Position numbers and translations under genes: made by a program. Positions 17,563 through 26,571 of a stretch of DNA of 39,336 nucleotides are shown here, piece after piece (the first letter of the stretch is position 1; each line of letters opens with the position of its first letter). The notes beneath the pieces are model-generated. The model was given only the letters and a program-made list of their open reading frames with translations. It had not been told where the DNA came from and did not search any database. Origin of the DNA: Anaerolineae bacterium (lineage in GTDB: Bacteria; Chloroflexota; Anaerolineae; B4-G1; SLSP01); contig PWVB01000524.1 in the NCBI GenBank assembly GCA_003562365.1, positions 1 through 39,336 of the forward strand, given 5' to 3'.

Positions 17563-19665
17563 ATGGCGATCGTAGTCTTTATCATGTTTGTGATTTTGGT
17601 GTTGGCTGTCTCGGTTCACACGAACCGTCGGTCGCGCAGTGTTGATGGCTACTACGTCGCCAACAGCTCAGTCCATTGGGGGGTTAACGGCGTGGCTTTT
17701 GCTGGCGGCTACCTGTCAGTGGCAAGTTTTCTGGGTATCTGTGGGCTCATCGCGTTCTTCGGCTACGATGGGTTTCTCTACTCGATCGGGTTTCTCGCCG
17801 GGTGGATTGTTGCGTTGTTTGTGATCGCCGAGCCTATGAAGCGCAGGGGTACCTTCACCTTTCCCGATGCCCTGAACCGCACCTTTAAGCGCCCGGGCAT
17901 TCAGCTGGCTGCGGGGCTGAGCGTACTCGTTGTGTCGCTCTTCTACCTCGTTCCGCAGATGGTGGGGGCTGGGGTGCTCGTCGAACCGCTGCTGGGGATT
18001 CCTCACTACTGGGGCGTGATCATCGTTGGCTCGGTGGTGATCCTAATTGTGGCTGGCGGCGGCATGACGTCGACAACCTATGTTCAGTTCTTCAACGGGG
18101 GGCTGCTTCTGCTCTTTGCCGGGATTCTTACGGTTGCCGTTCTGCTACGCGGTGTGAACACTGCCGAACTGTCTGTTGAGGAAGGTGTGGCGGGTCTAGA
18201 ACGTTACCGTTACCAGGAGGTAGCTGCCGAGTTCGGCGAGGAAAACCTCCGTGTGGATCTGCCCGGTGCCGAAGTTGTCGGACGGCACGCCGTAGTTGAC
18301 CGTCACACCGGCGCCGAGAGCCTGGTGCTGTATCGAGTGTCGCGGTTAATTCCAGCGTCTGTGGACGCTGGTGGTGGATACACAGCCAACATCAAGGGGC
18401 GCACCCCGAATTTCAGCGCCGCTGATGGAACCTCATCCGGGTTGGGAGTGCACTGGACGGTTGAGCAGGTTGACGGCCAGCCCTACGTCCGCATTGAGGA
18501 CTGGTGGCGGCTGAATACCAACGCAGATGGCACGCATCGGCTGGTGGAGACACAGTTCCGTGCGGTCCTGCCCGACGGCACTGTGTTGGTCAACGGTGCT
18601 CCAGAAGGCGCGTCCAACCGGCTCCGCCAGATGGGGGGAATCTCCGAGATCCCCGAGGCATATGGTGAGAGCACGGGTCCCGTCGATCCTCTGCGGTTGT
18701 TGAGTGTGTTCGCCGATCGGTCCACGGTGGTGGAGCGCCCGAGAAGTGTTGCCTTCAACACAGAGGCTGGTGAGCGCGTCACCGTCCACTATGCCGAACC
18801 GGTGGCGGGCTCGGTCTTTATGCGTCCGGGGCTGATGTTCCCGCTGGAGCCGCAGGCTGGCGAACCTTCAATCACGACGCTGCTGAACCGGTTGAACTTC
18901 ATCTCGCTGATGTTGGCTCTCTTTCTGGGCACGTCAGCACTTCCGCATATCCTGATCCGTTACTATACGGTTCCGAGCGCCGACGCGGCGAGAAAATCAA
19001 CAATCGTAGCGATCGCGGGCATTGGCCTGTTCTACATCTTCACTATGTACCTGGGCGTGGGAGCGGTCACGAGCGGTGCGCTGAATCCGGAGACCAGCAA
19101 CATGAGTGCTCCCCTGCTCGCCCGGAGTTTTGGCGAGGTGCTCTTTGCGATGATCTCCGGGATCGCCTTCACTACCGTCCTTGCGACAGTGTCCGGGCTG
19201 ATTATGGCCGCTTCTGGCGCGGTTGCCCACGATCTACTACCAAATCTTCTTCGGCGGGACGTCTCGGACAACACGAAGGTGTTGGCTGGGCGGATTGTGG
19301 CCGTCCTGGTGGGCATCATCGGTATCGTGCTCGGGATTGCTTTTCGGGGCATGAATGTCTCGTTCTTGGTGGGGTGGGCCTTTGCTGTTGCCGCTTCGGC
19401 GAATCTGCCGGCACTGCTGCTCATTCTCTTCTGGAAGAAAGCCACGGCACAGGGGATCATCGCTTCCATTCTGGTCGGCATTGTAGCAGCGGTCGGGCTC
19501 ATTTTGCTCAGCCCTGACATGTGGGCGCGCTATGGCTTAGACCCGACGACCGCACCGATGCCCATCAACCAGCCAGGCATCGTATCGATTCCCCTCAGTT
19601 TCTTGGTGTTGGTGGTCGTGTCGCTTCTGACCGCGAAGAAAGAGCCGGCGCCGGCAGCCGCGTAG
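17563..19665 (+). CDS. actP: Cation/acetate symporter (ActP-like, sodium:solute symporter family) with a large insertion
   Basis: NGVAFAGGYLSVASFLG, YLVPQMVGAG, GTSALPHILIRYYTVP, AVAHDL and AFAVAASANLP motifs. Confidence 0.88.
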   Translation: MAIVVFIMFVILVLAVSVHTNRRSRSVDGYYVANSSVHWGVNGVAFAGGYLSVASFLGICGLIAFFGYDGFLYSIGFLAGWIVALFVIAEPMKRRGTFTFPDALNRTFKRPGIQLAAGLSVLVVSLFYLVPQMVGAGVLVEPLLGIPHYWGVIIVGSVVILIVAGGGMTSTTYVQFFNGGLLLLFAGILTVAVLLRGVNTAELSVEEGVAGLERYRYQEVAAEFGEENLRVDLPGAEVVGRHAVVDRHTGAESLVLYRVSRLIPASVDAGGGYTANIKGRTPNFSAADGTSSGLGVHWTVEQVDGQPYVRIEDWWRLNTNADGTHRLVETQFRAVLPDGTVLVNGAPEGASNRLRQMGGISEIPEAYGESTGPVDPLRLLSVFADRSTVVERPRSVAFNTEAGERVTVHYAEPVAGSVFMRPGLMFPLEPQAGEPSITTLLNRLNFISLMLALFLGTSALPHILIRYYTVPSADAARKSTIVAIAGIGLFYIFTMYLGVGAVTSGALNPETSNMSAPLLARSFGEVLFAMISGIAFTTVLATVSGLIMAASGAVAHDLLPNLLRRDVSDNTKVLAGRIVAVLVGIIGIVLGIAFRGMNVSFLVGWAFAVAASANLPALLLILFWKKATAQGIIASILVGIVAAVGLILLSPDMWARYGLDPTTAPMPINQPGIVSIPLSFLVLVVVSLLTAKKEPAPAAA

Positions 19666-19713
19666 CACAAGTTTCCAGCGCTGGGCGCCGTCGGCACGGT
19701 GTGTATGGCAGAG

Positions 19714-22700
19714 TCACGCCGTGCCGCGGAACTCGTAACTCACCTTCTTCTGGATCGCCGAGATCTGGGAGAAGGTGTTTTTTAGGATGCCTATCTCGAT
19801 TTGGGTGAGTGCGCGCGGATCGATTGAGTTGTTCGGCGTTCGTCCGGCTTTCAGCATCTGCACCTGATGGCGGTAGCGCAGCTGCATCAAGTGACTATAT
19901 GCCTGATGCATGGCCCGGTAGTTCTCCTCCGTCAAGATGTCCAGTTCGAAGAGCTGTTGCAGTCGGCTGAAGGTGTTGGTTTCCTCCAGTTGGTGTTTTA
20001 GAGTATGGAGGCGTGCATAGTCGACGATGGGCAGCATGGCTTGCTTGATGCTGAATGTGTTGGGCTCTTCTCCCGCCGAACCCGTCACGATTCTCCCGAA
20101 GAGTCCCACCGGTGGCTTGTACTGGAGCGTATTCAGGGCCATATGGGAAAGGAAAGCCGGACGGGCTGCGAGGATCCGGACAATTTCCTGCCACCATGCG
20201 GTTACCAGTGACCTGTCGCCGTAGATACAGCGGTGGTCGAAAAACACGTTGCAGTGTGTGAGCGCCTGTGCATCCGGCTCCGCCATCCACTCGGCGAAGT
20301 ACCGCTTCCATTGCTCTAGAGGCTGATTCCACTGGGGGTTCTTCGCCATCAACCCGCCCTTGCAGTGCCGGTATCCAACCCGGTCGAGACCGTCGCATAC
20401 CAGTTCACCAAATCGGAGGAAGTAGTCGGCCACCTCGGGCGTCGGCGGCAGCGAGTCCTCAAATACCAGTGCGTTATCCTGGTCGGTCGCCAGTGTCTGC
20501 TCTTCGCGCGCCTCGCTGCCGAGAGCAATAAACGCGAAGCGTGCCGGCGCCGGTCCCAGCTTCTCGAGCGCGAACCCAATCACTCGTTTGGTGACGGCAT
20601 CCGAAACGGATGTCGTGACGTGGCAGACGTTCTGCGCCAGGGCGCCGGAGTCAACAAGGGAACCGACCAGGGTCGGTAGCCGCGCATAGCAGTCTGCAAG
20701 TGCCTCAACAGTCTGGGCGCGGCGGATTTGATGTGTGAATGCGACGAGCGAGTAGCGATCTGGCTGGAGCGTCTGGCTGCTGCGGATGATACCCACCGGC
20801 GCGTCGCTATTGTCCGTAACTGCTAGGTGGTTGACATCTTGTTCGCGCTCGAGCAGGAATGCTTCGAAGACCGGCGCGCTCTCACTGATCGAGACGACCG
20901 GAGCGCTCATAATACGCGAGACCGGGTGCTGGGTATCAAGTCCCGCTGCCACTACCCGCTCACGGATGTCGTGATCGGTGAGAATCCCCACCATGTCTCC
21001 CCCCGCCGTCGTCACGATAACCGCATCGGTATCGTTGCGGCTCATCAGACGCACCGCATGGGAGATTGGGGCGTCGAGCGTGCAGGTGACCAGCTGTTCC
21101 ATCGAGTCGCGGACTGGCTCTGTCAGAAACAGAAACGATGTCTGGAGCTGTGAGAGCAGGCGTTCCCGTGCGGCATCCGACTGCGCGGCTCGATGCCCGG
21201 TGATGTCCTGCACGCTGAGAATCATCCCCTGTCGTCCTGAGAAGTAGACAGCGTTTGCCGACAGGAGCACAGGCACGGTCCGACCACTCTTCCGTCTCAG
21301 CCGGGCCTCGAAGGGTTCGCGCACCTCGCCTCCGCTAAAGATTAGAGCCAGGTTGTCGCCAGCGGATCCCTGGTCGTCGGTCAACACGATGTCCTGGATA
21401 TCGAGAAAGGCAAGCTCAGCGGCAGAATAGCCAAGCATCTCAAGGAGGGTTCGGTTGGCGTAAGTGCACCGTCCATCCAACAGCAAGAGCGTGCCGCTGG
21501 TTGAGGATTCCACGAGCGCCCGGTAGCGCTCATGCGATACTCGCAGCGCCTGCTCCACCTCGCCCCGTCTGCGTTCCACCTTGAGGCTATGATAGGCGAC
21601 GGTCAGGAGCAGCCCTGTGGCAAGCACCGTGACGATGAACGACGCATCGATCATACGGCCGGTGATAGTCTCGATCTCCTGCCGCACATCATCAACATAC
21701 AGACCGGTCCCTATGATCCATCCCCAAGGCGAGAAGCTACGTACGTATGATTCCTTTGCTTCCATCCGATCCGGGTCGTCTTGCCACTGCCAGACATACC
21801 GGACGTACCCGGAAGACTCATTGCGGACCGCGTCCACGAACGCTACGAAGGGTCGTACGCCGTCAGGATCGGTGAAATCGGTCAAATCTGACCCTTCCAG
21901 GTCATCCCGATAGGGGTGCATTACCATCCGTGGGTGCATATCGGTGATCCAGAAGTAGTCTTTAGCCTCCGGCCCGTAGCGCAGACGTCGAATGCGCTCA
22001 ATAGCTGCTTGTTGTGCCTCCTCCAGGCTGAGCTGTCCCTCCTCCACCTCGCGATGGTAGTCGGCGAGTATGCTCCACGCGGAGTTCGTGAGTTCGGTCG
22101 TCATCTCCCGCCTGCGATCGAGAAGCCGTTCCTCCATAGTGGGAATCAGCACGGCAAAGAGAAGGCCGACGAAAACACTGATCACCAATAGGGAAGGCAC
22201 CACGATGCGCAGGACCAACCACCGCCAGTTGATCTGCCCCACCTCCGGCGGCAGCTCGTCTTCGATTCTCTCAGCCGTCGCCGGCACGTGTTCTCCATTA
22301 CGGGCGTGATCGCCGAGTGCCTCTCGAAACTGCTTCCAGCGCTCCAAGGGCATCGCCACACCGGGCTCGGGAGATCCAGCCTGTTCTGGTCCGTGATAGT
22401 CGCTTCCCCCGCAGGTCAGGATTCCCAACCGGTCAGCAAGAGTGGCTAATCGGTCTTGCACCTCGACTGGGTAGGGTTTGTGGAACGCCTCGATGCCGTC
22501 CAGTCCAACCTGTACCAGTCTCTCCGCGGCCTCATCGAGGGCGGTCCCGGCCCAACCAGTCTGCAGGGGGTGAGCGAGGAACGCAATCCCTCCAGCCTCG
22601 TGGATGGCGGCGATGGCGTGCGCGGCGTCTGGTGTCTGGGCGAAAAGAGCCTGCACGGTCGGGCTCTCGGGGTCAAATCCGTAGGCTAGCAGATGGATTT

Positions 22701-22962
22701 CAGTGGCGTCCAGCGTGGCGGCTACCTCGGCGCCCGCGATCTCAGCCATCCCGTGCTGCACAGCAGCAGCGTGGAAGGGCAGCAACCCGGAGACGGTCTG
22801 GTGGTCGGTGAGTGCTGCATAGTCGACGCCGGCTCTGGCGAGCAGATTGGCTACGACCGGCGGTGCATAGTACCCATCGCTGGCGTCGGAGTGGCAGTGC
22901 AGGTCCACCTGGACGGTGGTTTCCTGATGCCCCTCCCGGCTTAAAAGGTCTCCATTATCCAT
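19714..22962 (-). CDS. Membrane sensor: PHP phosphoesterase - TM - sCache_2 - TM - PAS - CBS pair - DUF294 nucleotidyltransferase - DUF294_C
   Basis: PHP: DLHCHS.ASDG, LTDH, GAE, HLLAY, AHP, GGSDYHG. Cache: LRYG..DYFWI.D...MVMHP...K.SY...F.PWGWIIGTG.Y. PAS: YANRTLLEMLGYS. Two CBS repeats. NTase: LGSEAREEQTLATDQDNAL. C-terminal FFD.R and T..RL. Confidence 0.9.
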   Translation of the reverse strand: MDNGDLLSREGHQETTVQVDLHCHSDASDGYYAPPVVANLLARAGVDYAALTDHQTVSGLLPFHAAAVQHGMAEIAGAEVAATLDATEIHLLAYGFDPESPTVQALFAQTPDAAHAIAAIHEAGGIAFLAHPLQTGWAGTALDEAAERLVQVGLDGIEAFHKPYPVEVQDRLATLADRLGILTCGGSDYHGPEQAGSPEPGVAMPLERWKQFREALGDHARNGEHVPATAERIEDELPPEVGQINWRWLVLRIVVPSLLVISVFVGLLFAVLIPTMEERLLDRRREMTTELTNSAWSILADYHREVEEGQLSLEEAQQAAIERIRRLRYGPEAKDYFWITDMHPRMVMHPYRDDLEGSDLTDFTDPDGVRPFVAFVDAVRNESSGYVRYVWQWQDDPDRMEAKESYVRSFSPWGWIIGTGLYVDDVRQEIETITGRMIDASFIVTVLATGLLLTVAYHSLKVERRRGEVEQALRVSHERYRALVESSTSGTLLLLDGRCTYANRTLLEMLGYSAAELAFLDIQDIVLTDDQGSAGDNLALIFSGGEVREPFEARLRRKSGRTVPVLLSANAVYFSGRQGMILSVQDITGHRAAQSDAARERLLSQLQTSFLFLTEPVRDSMEQLVTCTLDAPISHAVRLMSRNDTDAVIVTTAGGDMVGILTDHDIRERVVAAGLDTQHPVSRIMSAPVVSISESAPVFEAFLLEREQDVNHLAVTDNSDAPVGIIRSSQTLQPDRYSLVAFTHQIRRAQTVEALADCYARLPTLVGSLVDSGALAQNVCHVTTSVSDAVTKRVIGFALEKLGPAPARFAFIALGSEAREEQTLATDQDNALVFEDSLPPTPEVADYFLRFGELVCDGLDRVGYRHCKGGLMAKNPQWNQPLEQWKRYFAEWMAEPDAQALTHCNVFFDHRCIYGDRSLVTAWWQEIVRILAARPAFLSHMALNTLQYKPPVGLFGRIVTGSAGEEPNTFSIKQAMLPIVDYARLHTLKHQLEETNTFSRLQQLFELDILTEENYRAMHQAYSHLMQLRYRHQVQMLKAGRTPNNSIDPRALTQIEIGILKNTFSQISAIQKKVSYEFRGTA

Positions 22963-22968
22963 GCTCCG

Positions 22969-22977
22969 ATTATAGCA
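22969..22977 (-). promoter_or_regulatory. Extended -10 promoter giving a probable leaderless mRNA for the PHP-Cache-DUF294 gene
   Basis: TGcTATAAT is followed after 6 nt by ATG 22962, with no room for an SD in the transcript. Confidence 0.6.
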
Positions 22978-23028
22978 CATCCTGGGTGATGAAGGGACAG
23001 CTACTCGGTATCCGGTGTCTGAATCGGT

Positions 23029-24945
23029 TCAGGGTAGTGTCAGTTCGGTCAGGCGCACCGCCCGCTCGGTCGTGGCCACCCTGCTGTCAACCGGCACACG
23101 CTCCCCCGTGTCCCAGCGATAGAGACCGGTGTGTAGCGCGTAAGTGCCGGCATTGCTCTGCAGCGGGATGGCCAGTTGATAGCTGTCGCTCAAGACTTCT
23201 CCTGGGACCCAGCAAGTCGTGGGCGCATACCCTTGCTGCGGAAGTCCGTCCTGTTGAGCAATCAACATCCCTTCCGGCGAGATCACGTGGTTGAAGACCG
23301 TATAGGAGTGGGGAATCGGGCTCAGCGCCTGCCAATAGAGGGTCAACGTCAACGTCTCACCAGCGCGTAGCGTATGCGGCACAAGATCGTAGCCCAGTAG
23401 CGCGATCTCAGCGCTAAATTCGGCATTGAGTGGATACTGCGGCTCCGGTGCTGCAAAGTGTTGCTGGCGCTCAGGCGGCGATGTGACGCCAGTGGTGACT
23501 ACCCGCAGATGAGCGTTGAAGACCAGAAGCTGCAAACACAGTAGCCCTAATACGATGGCATGCCCAAAGTGAGTCTGCTCCTCCAGCTCTGGTCCCAGGA
23601 CCCCCGCGGCGATGGCCACCGGGAAGGGCGTGAGGAAAAGCCAGACGCGGGCTACCTCGCCTCGCGCGACACCAATTAGATTAAGCAACAGCAGGCTCAG
23701 GCCAAAGCCCAAAGGCAACACGGCCTGATCGGCGTCGATGCGGCGCACTGACTGTACAATCCCGATCATCAGCAGTCCGGCGATTGGGATGCCCAAAAAT
23801 AGGAGGAAGTCATAAAGGTGGTAGCCGAGCCATACCCAATATCCGCGATCCAGTCCCAGATGGTATGACATAGAGACGTGCCAGATCTCCAGAAAGCCGT
23901 GTCCGATGAGCCCTTGATAGATCGCCCACGGTGCGATCAATCCTGCCGTGAAGGCCGTGGCACCCAGTACCAGCCATCCCCAGGCGCGGCGCTCGCGGTG
24001 CGGGATGGCCCAGAAGAGCGCGATCAGTCCGAGTGGCATCAGCATCGCCACCATACCGAAGCTGAAAAAGGTGGTGAGCCCCAGCACCACCCCGGCGGCT
24101 GCCAGCACCGTGGTGCGTTTCCGTGTGAGTCCGACATAGAAGAGATAGGCGCTGGTGCAGGTGAGCAGCGGATAAAGCTGATCCCAGCGCGCGCTCCACA
24201 GTGCGAAAGACGGTACCAGAGGATAGAGCCCTACGGCCAGGAGTGCGGCTGATCGACCTATCGTCTCCTTGGTCAGACCGTATAGGGGAAAGACGATCAG
24301 CCCGCATAGGACCGGTAATGCCATCTGCAGGCGGGCGGAGGCGAGCGTGGTGTTGGGAAGCCGCATAAGTGCGAGGTCGTGGCACTGATAGTAGCGCAGG
24401 GTTCCGCCGATCAGGTTCGCCAGCCGGGGTGCTTGGGCTAACGCTGTGCGGGCGGCGTAGAAGAGAATTAGCAGTCCAGGCGGATATCGCTGCGGATGTA
24501 CGGGAAAGGTCGGCATCAGCGCCGGATAGTCTATCAAGAACGTGCGCAGGTTCTCTATCTGGGTGCTGACGCTGAAAGAGCCGCTGGCGCCAGCAGATAT
24601 CGTGCGGTAGAAAAGGGGCTGGAGAACATCGGGAGACTCCGGGAAGAGCAGAGCGGCCTGGATCAGAGGGACGGCGAGAGCGGTAAGGCACAGGAAGGGC
24701 ATAAGACCGCCAGGATGTCCGTCTGCCTTACTCTGTGCCAGTCGGCGCCATGTCGCTAACAGTAACAAACCGTAACCCCCAACGATTGTTGCGGGCACTA
24801 GATGGCGCCAAGGCTGACCGGGAATTGCATAAGCCCAGCGCCAACTCTCCGGCCCCCTCAAATAAGGCGACACGTTGAAGGCTACTGCCAGTACGAGAGC
24901 CAATGTTAGCACGCCTATAGCGCCAAGTTTTACCTTCATCGACAA
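23029..24945 (-). CDS. GT-C fold polytopic glycosyltransferase with C-terminal soluble domain
   Basis: About 11-12 TM segments; PVHPQRYPPG and GEVARVWLFL motifs; C-terminal beta domain TLTLYWQA...YTVFNH...QQDG.P...PT..W.PGE...D. Confidence 0.65.
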   Translation of the reverse strand: MSMKVKLGAIGVLTLALVLAVAFNVSPYLRGPESWRWAYAIPGQPWRHLVPATIVGGYGLLLLATWRRLAQSKADGHPGGLMPFLCLTALAVPLIQAALLFPESPDVLQPLFYRTISAGASGSFSVSTQIENLRTFLIDYPALMPTFPVHPQRYPPGLLILFYAARTALAQAPRLANLIGGTLRYYQCHDLALMRLPNTTLASARLQMALPVLCGLIVFPLYGLTKETIGRSAALLAVGLYPLVPSFALWSARWDQLYPLLTCTSAYLFYVGLTRKRTTVLAAAGVVLGLTTFFSFGMVAMLMPLGLIALFWAIPHRERRAWGWLVLGATAFTAGLIAPWAIYQGLIGHGFLEIWHVSMSYHLGLDRGYWVWLGYHLYDFLLFLGIPIAGLLMIGIVQSVRRIDADQAVLPLGFGLSLLLLNLIGVARGEVARVWLFLTPFPVAIAAGVLGPELEEQTHFGHAIVLGLLCLQLLVFNAHLRVVTTGVTSPPERQQHFAAPEPQYPLNAEFSAEIALLGYDLVPHTLRAGETLTLTLYWQALSPIPHSYTVFNHVISPEGMLIAQQDGLPQQGYAPTTCWVPGEVLSDSYQLAIPLQSNAGTYALHTGLYRWDTGERVPVDSRVATTERAVRLTELTLP

Positions 24946-25111
24946 GCTTGTCTCCAGGCAGAATTGCTTTCGCTACCAGCCTATATTCTACCATCTCCTG
25001 GCACCTGCCCCAGGTGACGTACGTGGGCCAGGCGCGATCGCTCAGGCCCCTGATCAGGTTTATCTACCGGGCAATGCTATAATGCGCCGAGATCTACTCC
25101 AGGAAGGTGAT

Positions 25112-26557
25112 ATGCTAATGCAGGACAGAGAGAGCACTTGGCTAGCGAGCTGGGCCGGCATTGTACTGCTGTTGGTGGTAGCGATGGGGTTGCGCGGTGG
25201 GTATCTGGCGAACGCGCCCCGAGGCGTGCAGTTCGACCACGTGGACGCACAGGGATATCATTGGCTGGCGGTCAATCTCCTCGAAAGGGGGGCATACTCT
25301 TTGAACACCGAGCCTCCCTTCCGTCCCGACAACGTCCGGGCCCCACTCTACCCTCTCTTTTTGGCCTCTTGGTACGGGATCGTCGGGCCTGCCCCGGACC
25401 TTATGAGTTTCGTGCATGCCTTGCTTGATGTGCTCACTGTCGCCGTCCTTTACCGCTTGGGGAGTCTGGTCGTCGGCAGGCGGGTGGGCGTGGTTGCGGC
25501 GTGGCTTTACACGCTGAATCCCTCCTCCTGGCGTTTCACCAATGAGCTTCTGACGGAAATCATATTCGGTCTGCTGTTGAGCCTGTCGGTCTGGATGTTT
25601 GCGCGCTACATTCTCCACGGGCGCAACCGCGACGCTTGGCGCTGCGGGCTCTTCTTCGGTCTGGCGATCCTGTGCAAGCCCAATGTGCAGTTTATGCCGC
25701 TGGTGCTCGTGGCGATTATGATTCACAGTTTCTATGTGGGCCGGCGACAGGGATGGCAGGGTGTCCTGATTGTAGCTGGGGCGATCTTCGTGCTGCTAAT
25801 GCCGTGGGTGATCCGCAATCGAGTGGTATTTGGTGACTGGTTCTACACGCGTACCTTTGACGATAACCTGGCTCACGTCAGTGCTGTCGCTACTCTGGCC
25901 GAGGCGCGGGGCGAGCGGGTTGCGCCGTGGTCGGCACGTTGGGAGGAGATCTACGCTGAAATAATCGTAAGCACGGCCCTGCGCTATAATTGGGCGATGC
26001 TGGATGACCAACAAGTCACGGCACGGCAGCGTGATCGGCGTCTACAGGAGCTGAAATCGGTGTCCGTCGAGATCCTTCGGACCTACCCTGTGGAATTTCT
26101 CGTGAGCCATACACGGGCGTGGTTATGGTCCTTCGTCCCGCAGGAGCACAGATTCTGGTACACGCGTCTCACCGGGGATGGGTGGACCTCAATTCCCGCC
26201 GAGGGCGATGCTTTGGGGCGGGCGGTGCGCGCCTTTGGCGAGGGAGATCCGTTGGGCGCGGTTAACATCATGGTCGACGAGCGGCTTTTGGCGTTGCCTC
26301 CGCTGGCCCTGATCCTGTGGCTGGGGTGGGGTATCGGTTATACTGTCGTTGCTGTGCTCTTCACCCGCGGCGCCTTACGGCTGCGTCCGCGCATTCTGGC
26401 GCTCTTCATTGTCGCGACTATCCTATACGTCACCTTTGTGCCGGGTCCGATCAGCCAGATTCGCTTCCGTCTGCCGGTGACACCGCTGATCCTGCTATTG
26501 GTTACAGTTGGTGCGTTGGGATCGCTTCCCAAGAAGGTTCGACATCTTCACCAGTAG
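25112..26557 (+). CDS. GT-C (ArnT/PMT_2-like) glycosyltransferase
   Basis: DAQGYHWLA, RAPLYPLFLA, LLTEI, LAILCKP, PWVIRN and RFRLPVTP motifs; TGcTATAAT at 25075-25083; SD GGAAGG before ATG 25112. Confidence 0.8.
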   Translation: MLMQDRESTWLASWAGIVLLLVVAMGLRGGYLANAPRGVQFDHVDAQGYHWLAVNLLERGAYSLNTEPPFRPDNVRAPLYPLFLASWYGIVGPAPDLMSFVHALLDVLTVAVLYRLGSLVVGRRVGVVAAWLYTLNPSSWRFTNELLTEIIFGLLLSLSVWMFARYILHGRNRDAWRCGLFFGLAILCKPNVQFMPLVLVAIMIHSFYVGRRQGWQGVLIVAGAIFVLLMPWVIRNRVVFGDWFYTRTFDDNLAHVSAVATLAEARGERVAPWSARWEEIYAEIIVSTALRYNWAMLDDQQVTARQRDRRLQELKSVSVEILRTYPVEFLVSHTRAWLWSFVPQEHRFWYTRLTGDGWTSIPAEGDALGRAVRAFGEGDPLGAVNIMVDERLLALPPLALILWLGWGIGYTVVAVLFTRGALRLRPRILALFIVATILYVTFVPGPISQIRFRLPVTPLILLLVTVGALGSLPKKVRHLHQ

Positions 26558-26571
26558 ACCGTTGGGCTGAT

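Noticed and set aside
19714-22962. NTase gene as an anti-phage (CBASS-like) or toxin-antitoxin system
   Set aside because: The NTase motif is DUF294/GlnD-like rather than CD-NTase or MNT; no effector or HEPN partner is present, and the context is metabolic transport.
24875-25111. Apparent head-to-head overlap of the two GT-C genes
   Set aside because: A promoter at 25075-25083 and an SD before 25112 indicate the plus-strand gene starts later, so there is no real overlap.
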